Part shown: in pieces, positions 53,830 to 64,000 of the stretch
How positions within the stretch are numbered: position 1 is the first letter of the stretch
Layout of the letters: each line of letters starts with the position of its first letter
Origin: Octopus vulgaris
Lineage: Eukaryota
Length of the DNA stretch: 64,000 nucleotides
Assembly: GCA_951406725.2 (NCBI GenBank)
Contig: OX597839.1
Coordinates: 30,566,001-30,630,000 of the forward strand
Reading direction: 5' to 3'
Notes under the pieces: generated by a model
The model's input: only the letters and a program-made list of their open reading frames with translations
What the model was told of the DNA's origin: nothing
Databases searched by the model: none
Program-made: the position numbers and the translations under genes

Positions 53830-54190
53830 ATGCACATATTTATATATATAATATACATACATACACACACACACATGCAGATTTAAATGTGTGTGTGTAT
53901 ATGTTTGTATGCTTATGTGTATGCATATATATATGTAATATACATACACGCATACACATATATACATACACACATATATATAATATACATACACACACAC
54001 TCATACACACACACATATGCAGATTTAAATGTGTGTGTGTATATGTTTGTATGCTTATGTGTATGCATATATATATGTAATATACATACAAGCATACACA
54101 TATATACATACACACATATATATATATATATAATATACATACACGCATACACACATATATATATATATATAATATACATACACGCATACA
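53830..54190. repeat. Tandem duplication, ~142-bp low-complexity unit
   Basis: GCAGATTTAAATGTGTGTGTGTATATGTTTGTATGCTTATG at 53877 and 54020. Confidence 0.85.
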
Positions 54191-56796
54191 CACACACAAC
54201 TCCATATCAAGCTATTCACCCATATCAGCTGTATAGGTGCATCACATTAATGTCTCGGTGTCTCTCGGTGCAATTTCAGCTTTCTCTCCCGCCTTTTGTT
54301 GCTGTCAAATTTGTTTTGTTCTCTCCATAGAAATGAAGTCGACGTTTTGTGCACTTTGTTGATCTGAGTGCTGTTTCACTGGTTGCACAACTGCACCTCA
54401 CAAAAGACATCATAATTGATATCTTTTAAGTCAAATGCATTTTAGTGTATGTGTACATAAATGTGTACAAGTGTGCAACGTTGCGTGTATATGCGTATTA
54501 TATAAAATTATAGAAGAATCACGCGCATCTGTATATATCGGCCAATCAGTTGCATTTGTGTTTATGCAACAAGAAATATATTTGCATGTGAGTTTGTGTG
54601 TGAAGACGTTTTATACTCTCTGTTTGTGTGTGTGTGTGTGTGTGTGTTGTAGAAATATATAGAGTGGAATTACCAATAAAATCGGTAGCCAATAGAATTA
54701 GTCTTATCTTTTTGACGAAGGAATTTCAGGACCGTAAATCATTTAAACTTATTAATATTTCTAAATAATTTAATGCGTTCTTTGTCTAGTTCGTTCCTAT
54801 TTGCATCTACTTTTAACTAGATAGAAAATAATGGCAGAGCAATATATTTCTTGCCATCCATACAGATTTGTAAGCCTTACTATCATCATTCATATTGGCC
54901 TCAAAAATTCACCTGTAACATGACATTCTCAAATTGGTAACTGTTGTCGCTGTATTTCCCACATCTTATTCATGCTTCGTGCAGATTATTTGGCATTCAG
55001 TCCACTCTTTCAGTCAATGCGGTCAGTGTTCTTATCCTGTCAGGTGTTAGTGACCATAGGCAGGAGAAGGTTTTGTGAATCGACGAGGATAATCTACGTC
55101 GTCTCTCCTTGGGAAGTTTCTGATCAGAAATTATGGACAGCTTCTAAAAGTCCCAGGTCTGGTACTGCTGCAGAGGTTGGGGTGGATGCTGATGTACAAG
55201 CTCAGCAATACCATTAACCCAACTTGTTCGAGATGTAGCAGTTCAACAAAGCCGCCCTGGACTCGTGTAGTGTACTGTCGCCTTGTGTGTTTGTATTGTG
55301 TAGCTGTTACTACGTGTAGAACGTACCCGGCTCTAAGCTAATTCCAATTGTGACGATCGATCCATCGTCACCCTTCAGAAATGGTTAGTTTGTCTCTGTC
55401 AGATGAATATGGCGAAGGAAGTTATGTGTTAGAACTTGGTTAAAAAGTTTAAAGTTTCCTCTTTGCCAAACCTTTATCAATTAAATAAATGGCAGAACAC
55501 TTTTCATGTTTCTGATACATCACATTAATCCAGGATTTTCTCTTGGGTTACCCTCCAATTAACCTGCGTTGTATTCCCCACCCTACCAACCGGGGACTTT
55601 TCCTTCTTTATTATTTTTGTTGCCTCCCCCCTTTTCATTCAATCTAAACTTCCATCGTTTTGTATTTCTTGCTCGTTCTGTCTCCCCAATCTCTCTTGGC
55701 CCCTCTGACCAATAAAACGAATTATTATCACGGTTGAAGTATTTCTGTTTCTTCTTTTTGCCCATCTTGCTCCCGTACATTCCATTATTGATGCCGTTGT
55801 TGGATTGGTGCTTTTTCTCTCCTACTTTATTAATATTGTTGTTAGTAGTTTTGCTCACCTCCTTTCTGTTGTTGTTGTAGTTATCAGTCTTGGTTTGTGT
55901 TATTAGTGTTGTCGCTGCTATTTGTCTTGTTGTTGTTGTTCCTACACTTATTGTAGTTCTTGATGTTGTCATTGTTACATTATTGGTATTCTTTCTCTCT
56001 CGTTGCTTTTATTTTTATTTTAGTTATAGTTGTTGTAATTGTACTAAAACTATCCCAACTCCTCTCGTTGCTGTGTTGTAGTTCTCTTTCTCTCTACTTC
56101 TCGCCGTACTTCTATAAACACCGACCGTCTTATTACGGCCCCACCACTGCTCCACCTGAACCCAACAGGTTATAAACTGTCTCCGGTTACAGTAAACCGA
56201 TCTTCTCTGTCAAAGACAATTAAACGATGCTGCTGTCGTTGGTCCCTTCTACTTTACAGCCACCGTTGACAAATCGTTTAAACAAACATTGCTCGAACAA
56301 TGAATAAATTACAGCTATTTAGGATGATGGAGCTGGTTAGATTGTGTGTGTGTGAGAGAGAGACGGATGAGTAGAAAGAAAGGTATGTGGAAATTAAATA
56401 GTCGACAGGTGGGTTGATAGACGGACAGGTGGAGATATAGATAGAGGATAGGTGGGAAGATATATGGATAGGTGAACGGATAAATATATCACTAGATAGG
56501 TATGTAGATCAATAGATAGCTAGATAGATAGATAGGTAAAAAATTAGATTGATAGACGGATTGATGAATGGATGGACAGACGAATGGTTGGGTAGATAGT
56601 TAGAAAGATTGATAAACAAGTGGATAAATAGATAAAAAGATAACAGATAATTAGGTAAACAGATGTGCAAGTCTTGAAGGGCTTCACTCCTTGTTTAAAA
56701 AACCCCAACAAATCTTTGACTTAAAATAAATCGTGTTAACACCCAACTTTTAGTGGAACTCTCACAAAACCGTCTTCACAAAGAGCAACAAGAACT

Positions 56797-57150
56797 GTCC
56801 TTTCTACTATAGGCACAAAGCCCAAAATTTGGTGAGTTGGGGTTAGTCGATTACATCGATCCCTAGTACTCAACTGGTACTTATTTTATCGACCTCGAAA
56901 AGATGAAAGGCAAAGTCGACCTTGGCGGAATTTGAACTCAGAACATAACGACGGACGAAACGCCGCAAAGTATTTTGTCCGGCGTGCTAGCGATTCCACT
57001 AGCTCAACAACAACAACAGTAATAATAATGGGGAAGGGATTTGTCGATTCCATCTACTCCAGTATTTGACTGGCACATAATTTTATCTACCCTGGAGGGA
57101 TGAAAGGCAAAGTTGGCCATAGCGAGAATTGAACTTAGAACGTAAAGAGT
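56797..57150 (-). mobile_element. Two adjacent SINE family B copies
   Basis: GATGAAAGGCAAAGT and TTGAACT motifs at ~56900 and ~57100. Confidence 0.82.
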
Positions 57151-58759
57151 CGGAAATAATAATGAGAAATGATGTCTCAATAAAAAGACAAAATAACTAA
57201 CTTTATCCCAAGTTTGAACAACGAAAGAAGTCAAACAAAGACGTAGAGGAGATTGGCAATTGTAGTGAAGGGCCAGGAAATTGTTTTGGCAGGGCAACCG
57301 AGTGACCCTGCAACATTTGGTTTAAGAATGAAGCAAGTTCAGCATCAGGAATCAAACAAGAATTTTTGAAAAAGGAGGGGGGGGAGAATAAAAACGAACA
57401 AAACATGAGTGGATAGACTGTGGCAGGGAAGAACAGGAGTAGAAATGAAGGAGTTGGAGAAGCAGAAGAAGATGAGGTGTCTGAGCGAGAAGATGATAAT
57501 GAGGGAAGAAACAAATTGAGTTGGATGAGAATTGGGAAACTAAGGAACTCAACATCAACAATACCATTGCGGTTTAGGGACGAGAAAATGGTTTAAGACA
57601 TTATGGAAAAAACATTTTGAATATAGCGGGAGATGAGTTACCTTGAGATGGACAAGCCTTTAGCCTGTCTGTCCAACACGAAAAATCTTGAAGATTTTCT
57701 CACTGTGCACAAGTTAGGATACAATTCCAGGATAACCCCGAGGCCAACTAAACCTTCGTTTCTCTCAGATCACGTGACACCTGCCTGTGAAGTGCCATAA
57801 GTGTGACGATGATCCAAGAGTCAATGTTACTCGTTGTTGTGACACCGGTGTTATGTCGTCCGATGCATTGTGACACAAACGGGCAGGTGTGTGACGCACT
57901 TGCTTGGTCTGGTACATATATACCTTTATATATTTTACCAAAATCATTGGAGCACAAGTCGTTCCACACTTCGTCACATCATCAGTTTTTTTTTTTAACT
58001 GTTCCTTTGAAAGTTTATAAGAAAAAGCTGCTACAGTTTTCACAAAGCTGTGGTTTATCACATTCTTCTTTGCCTGTTTCTCAATAAATTCTTCGAGCAA
58101 GGAGAGACTCACTCCTGTGACAAACCGTTGTCACACATTAATTCTTCAGCTGAATTTGTTCCATGTCTTAAAACTCCATTTTCTCGTAGCGTTCGCAAAG
58201 GAGCTCTACTTCGTGCTTAACTTAATACTAAAACTAAACCTGTTGTTGCCTGTACTTCTGAATATATTAATTTCGTGGCCAGTTTTTCTGCCTGTTTAAT
58301 AAATAAATTCGTTTTTTATATTTTATAGAAACTTTTGTTTTCGTGGGTGGAAGTTTGTATCCAATATCAGTTACTTGGTTGTTATCAGCTCTCGCCACAT
58401 TTCCAGGAACATATAACCCAGAACGAAATTTGCTTCGGAGGGGCAAACCTAGGTCCAAAACACTTTACAAAATTTAATTTTTTTCAATCTTAATATCAAA
58501 ACAAACACAAGTATAATAATAATAATAATAATAGGAGAGTATTGTAGTTCGCTTGAAGCATTGTGTAATGTTTGTAAAGAATAAAATGTATTGAATGACA
58601 CAACAATGCATTATAATACAAACAATGTTGTAATTTAATCATCCATAGTCTGACAAGATATTTCGGAATAAAAATTCCTTCCTCAGATATGCCTAGGAAT
58701 CGATGGAGTCGTTGCTATAACATTACATCTCGCTCCTCTGGAACTTCATTCAAACTGAC

Positions 58760-59325
58760 ACAAGTTGACTCCAAGTCTCACCCAGAGACTTCAAGAGACA
58801 ACAAGTTAGAAGTTCATGTTGGTCTTATGCCTAGGGTGTCATTTATTTGGTTTTGCACAAAGTATTGTTCAAGAGAATGTTTAAGAAAACATCAGAAAAT
58901 TGAGTTTGTTTTAAAATTTGAGATTACATAGACAGTATTTTACGTAGGATATGAGCAGTTCCCATGAGCACGATCTTTTGAATTTCTGCCATTTTGGGGT
59001 TTCCTGGTATCTGAGTTAGGTAGCAATCAGCCCCTTTTGCTATCATTCCTAGGGTACTATGACAACAGGTATTGCTTTAGTCTTGAGGTTCCACATTTTG
59101 CTTATTTCTATTTCAAGATCTTTATACTTGCTCAGTTTTTGGTAGATCTTGACAGATACATTTATATCGATTGAGACGGCCATATTAATGAGGAGTCTTT
59201 CAATATAATGTCTAGCCTATTCGCATCTATTTTTGTGTCAGTTTGAATGGTGAAGTTCCAGAGGAGTAAGATATGATCATTTTCAAGCACTGGAGGTGGT
59301 TTGTGTTCCCACCAGTTATTATCAT
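58760..59325 (-). mobile_element. 3' end of R4/Dong-like RLE element
   Basis: WEHKPPPVLENDHILLLWNFTIQTD.KIDANRLDII...KLSKYKDLEIEISKMWNLKTKAIPVVI...EIQKIVLMGTAHILRKILS. Confidence 0.9.
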
Positions 59326-59339
59326 GGGGCAGGTCCAGG

Positions 59340-59376
<37 letters not shown>

Positions 59377-60183
59377 GTTATTATTATTATTATTATTGTT
59401 GTTGTTGTTGTATATCAACCAAATCAGATGAATCCAATAATAGAAAAGTAATATTTCGTTCGATGTGGCGATGAAGTTTTCCAGGAGATTCTTCAAAGTG
59501 TTTTCATATTAAGGCCTATGGGGCAGACGGTGTTGCATCATTGCACTCTCCCAAACTTTTGAGGGGGATGGGGGTTGTAAGCGCCATCCCTACACCCTCT
59601 GTTCCCCACGCAATGTTCAGTAGTGGAAGTCATATTCAATAAAACAAAAATAAAAAAAATTATTTTTCCAGAAAATATAAAATATCAACAAAATAGAATA
59701 CCAGGACTTACATCGTACAGGAAACTAGTACTGCATATAAGATGGGCTTCCTGATAGTTTCTATTAAATAAATATCACTAATAAGGTTTTTGTCAGCGCT
59801 TTCATAAGGTGCTGTGCATTGGAGTCGAACCCTGGACTGCATGGTTGCGAAGCAAACAACTGAACCATACGTCCACACACACATACACACGCGCTACATA
59901 TTCATGTGCGTATAATTATATACATATAATTGCTATATTAGCTTCATATAGAAAATGAACATTGGGAAATTATATAATAATCATGTAGAATATATAAAAT
60001 AATTATGTATAATAATTATGTGGAATAATTATCAGTTGCCACTCCACTCTCCCTTCCTCTCTACCCCACTACACACCCTTTATTTCTTAGTCTCTCTCTT
60101 TCTCTCTCTCTCTCCCTTTGTCCTTTCGTCTCTTTTGCTCTTCCAGCATGTCTATGCTGTGCTCTTTTAACAATTACAAAGAC

Positions 60184-60234
<51 letters not shown>

Positions 60235-60602
60235 CAGAAGAATCAACATAATGCTACGACGTTCATATACATATACACATGCATACTACAGACAGACATA
60301 TATATGTATATATATATATACACATTGCATATAAAGGGACAGACAGACAAATAAGATCAACTATAAATGCATATATTACTTTTATTCCAAAATGCACACA
60401 CACACACACACACACACATACACAAGTAGCATTTAAACATATGTATACACTTACGCATACATACACATGCAAATACACATATCTACATATCACATACGTG
60501 CACGCATACATACATATGCGCAGAAGTACATGCATACACACACATTTACATACATACATGAACAGGGACTAATTAACAGACAGACAGAGGCATATATAGT
60601 GG

Positions 60603-60642
<40 letters not shown>

Positions 60643-60868
60643 TAGGCGAGCTGTGCCATTTTGTGTTGCGGCTATTGACTTGGTTGAGGAGAGTAAACAG
60701 GAGAGGAGGAGGAGGAAACGTGTGTGACATCTGTTGAAGTAATGCACAAATCACACACACGCACACACACACACTGTCACAGACATACATGTATATATCC
60801 ACAAACGCATATCCCCACATACACATATTCACACATACATATACACACATACAAGCGAACATGAATGT

Positions 60869-60905
<37 letters not shown>

Positions 60906-61066
60906 GAGGAGGTGTATAGCGAATTAGTGTAAGTACTTGGTTTGTTCTTTCTTATTTTTTTTTAACTTCGAAGGAATGAATGTGAAGTTGCCTTTAAAAG
61001 GAACTGAACTTAGAACGTCAAGATAATGTGTCCAACACTCTCAGAATCCAGTATTTTACCGTACTC

Positions 61067-61089
<23 letters not shown>

Positions 61090-61105
<16 letters not shown>

Positions 61106-61380
61106 GTAATTATAAAGAGAAAGCAACCATACTCTGGGATATGCCAATACTCACAGATAGAGAAATTAAGGCCTATAGGCTAGATATAATTGTCAGAGAT
61201 CATCACGAATAAAAAAAATGTTTTCTAATCGATGTATCAATACCAACAGATGACAATGTTTCTCTAAAAGAAATGGAGAAACTTTCAAAATACAAAGATC
61301 TGGGAATAAAAGTAACTCGAATGTGAAGCCTAAAAACGGAAACAATTCCTATCATAATAGGTGCATTAAGTACGATAAAA
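61090..61380 (+). mobile_element. R4/Dong-like RLE endonuclease fragment after (AAT)n
   Basis: ATILWDMPILTDREIKAYRLDIIV...FLIDVSIPTDDNVSLKEMEKLSKYKDL...IPIIIGAL. Confidence 0.88.
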
Positions 61381-61389
61381 AAAAAATAA

Positions 61390-62620
61390 CGACTGCATTT
61401 GGAGTAAATCCTCCGAAATCTGAAATCGAAACCTAGACACCACGATCGGAGGATGGTCGGGCGTTATGTAACTAGAAAACTATTGGAAAATATTCACTGA
61501 GGATGACAAAAAGATTGAAAAAGAGCAAATGTGGAAAAGAAGTCTACAAAATAAAGTGAAGACTTTTAGACAAGATCTTAGTAGAATAGAAGCTTGAAAA
61601 CTGAACAAGCTAGGAGACACAAAATGCAAATCTTCCCTTGAGAAAAGATACTTAGTCAAAGAGAAAGGATTTGGGACAGTGATAGAAGAGTTGAAACAGC
61701 GTATCATAGGTATGCTCTCCAGATATCAGAAAAGACTAGATCACTATCAACAGAATAGATTGAGACAGACCAGAGGAGATTTTATTAGCAAATAAATAGT
61801 GGAGAACGAAGTACAAAAGATAAGACGCCTAATGCAGAAGTAATATCTTTATATATAAAACTGAAGTTGTGTGAGAGTCTGTCTCCTCCGATTTAGATTC
61901 CTAACTACTCCCACATTTTGCGGTGTAGTTTAACCAAAAGCGGGTATCTTATAGTCGTGCTTCAAATCGAGCCCTTCTGGGTATTAGCGCGCGTCTACGA
62001 TGAGTCTACAATTTAAAAAAAATTTACCATCATTTTTTCGTTTTTTTAATGCATTTTTTGCTCGGTTTATATAAGGGAAGTAACTCTCTAAAAATGCTTA
62101 TATAGTTATTTCCCTTACAAACCCGAGCAACGCCGGGCGATACTGCTAGTTTGGGATAAGCCAGTTAATCATAATGGAGATGCAATGCGGTTAAAGAAAG
62201 TGAGGGAAGAAATAGTGAGCGAGAAGCTGCCGGATCTAAGATAAACTAGTGGACTAATGAGTAAAGTGTTAGGAAAAATGCCGAATTGGAAGGGCCCAGG
62301 ACCAGATTTATTTAAAGGGTATTGGCTAAAGAAATTTAGTAGTTTACATGGGAGGCTGAAGGAACAACTTGAGGATTGCCTTAATAGAGGAATAATACCA
62401 GAATGGATGAGTAGGAGGAGGACAATAGTCATCATGAAAGACAAAGGCAAGGGTAATACATCGAGCAACTACAGACCAATCACTTGCTTACTATTAGTGT
62501 GGACGACGCTGTTAATAGGAATGCTTCGAGAGAGCATTTACGAGCACCTTAACAACCAGAATTTACTGTTAGAAGAACAGAAAGGTTGCAGGAAGAAGGC
62601 TTGGGGAACACATGATCCAG
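61390..62620 (+). mobile_element. Decayed R4/Dong-like element, pre-RT and RT N-terminal region, interrupted by a Helitron
   Basis: MPNWKGPGPDLFKGYWLKKF...PEW...RTIVIMKD...NYRPITCL...EEQKGCRK (ORF 62257-62781). Confidence 0.9.
61846..62149 (+). mobile_element. Non-autonomous Helitron nested in the LINE
   Basis: A|TCTTTATATATAAAACT ... CCCGAGCAACGCCGGG ... CTAG|T, no TSD. Confidence 0.9.
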
Positions 62621-62709
62621 GAGGATTCTTGGCAGCTAAGGTTACTTGTTGTAGCCCGATGTTTGGATTTTTTCTTTTCCAACAGTCTAATCTGTTGTGT
62701 GTACATGAA

Positions 62710-62757
<48 letters not shown>

Positions 62758-63089
62758 CTTTTCTACTATAACAACAACTAAATGATAATAATAATGATAG
62801 GTCTGTTTGATGACGGCTGACCGTGGAGTTAATCATCCACCACCACCGTAGCCATCACCACAACCACCAGCCTGTACGATACGATGAAAGAAGTGATACG
62901 TCAGCGTTTCTCATTGTTTTACAGACGCTGTGTAAGTTGAATGGTTTAAGAAGCGAAACTGGAGACTTTACTCTTATTTCATGGTCGTTTAGAAGCCGAG
63001 TTAAAAATGATCTTTTTTTCGTAACTCTGCAGCCAACTAACTTATTTAATCTAATTAAACGGATCTTCACTGCTCTCCCCTACACCTCC

Positions 63090-63212
63090 CATCTCTCTCT
63101 CCCTCACTTTGTCTCTCTCTCGCTCTCTCTCCCTCACTTTGTCTCTCTCTCTCTCTCTCTCCCTCACTTTGTCTCTCTCTCTCTCTCCCTCACTTTGTCT
63201 CTCTCTCGCTCT
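63090..63212. repeat. ~30-bp pyrimidine minisatellite x4
   Basis: CTCTCTCCCTCACTTTGTCTCTCTCT repeated. Confidence 0.9.
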
Positions 63213-64000
63213 CTAACAACCAAATAACCATGCTTAATTATCCAACAATTGTTTTATGGTAACTTCTGCTTGTCTCTGTCTGCCACTTTGTCACGCTCTC
63301 GCCCTTTGTGTGTGTTTATGAGATAAAAGTATAAACGGGATCTACAAATGTGTTGGTTATGCTTAAAAGGGTCTCTACAAATCCCAGTACATTTTCACCG
63401 CCATTACTGAACAGACAAAATGAAGCGTTCCCGAACGAATTCTGTCCACAGATTCTTCAAAACGTCCTCATTTCATGGGAAATCTAAACGTAGCGCCTTG
63501 AATCTCTCCATACAATTCTTAGTGACATCAATTAGAAATACATCATATACTTATTTAATTGAATTAAATCCGTAGTGAGGCGGAGAACCGGGAAAGTAAC
63601 AATGATAGAAATGACTGACCGTTACCTCTCCGTACTGGTACCCGTCGCTGATATAGATTTATTCAACATTTGCTAATCGCGACGCCAGTGTCTGTTCTGA
63701 CACTGATTTTCTATATATCGATGGCGGGGAGATGCTAGGAACAAAATCAATTTCCCTTCACCCAGAAGGTACGATGAAAAGACTTAATGATTTTTGTGGT
63801 GGCATTTTGAATGTCACAAATAGTAAAAGAACTAAGAATAGAAGGTCAGTTCAGTTGAACGGAAAACCATAACTGAATCGAAAAACACCGAGTTGACAGT
63901 TAAGGAAACTGATAAAAGAAGGCAGAGCAGTTATACTTCGAAGGATATTGGAATTTTATAGAAGTGTTGTTTTATTCTTGTTCGAAGAGACACTGTGGAA

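Noticed and set aside
57150-58500. Purine-rich stretches suggestive of decayed retroelement ORFs
   Set aside because: Could not assign a family from any clear motif

Overview
Repeat-dominated, AT-rich animal genomic DNA, most consistent with an intronic or intergenic region of an octopod cephalopod (inferred from the SINE families and microsatellite load). No intact protein-coding gene is visible, and almost the whole ORF track is translated microsatellite. The window holds many copies of two tRNA-derived SINE families (one with a Nin/Deu-like domain) plus two minor SINE types. It also holds decayed non-LTR retrotransposons (R4/Dong-like and HERO-like RLE elements, CR1/L2-group, L1/Tx1-group), a decayed Penelope-like element (PLE), four non-autonomous Helitrons, a Helentron/DINE-like fragment and a TIR MITE. 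The most interesting signal is seven foldback inverted repeats with 50-185 bp arms. Four contain recognisable minimal type I hammerhead ribozyme (HHR) motifs and a fifth a degenerate one; three more HHR motifs lie outside foldbacks. The HHRs come from several unrelated sequence families and include U3:A8 and A6U core variants. One 84-nt candidate exon (minus strand) was seen. All calls are by eye; boundaries of decayed elements are approximate.
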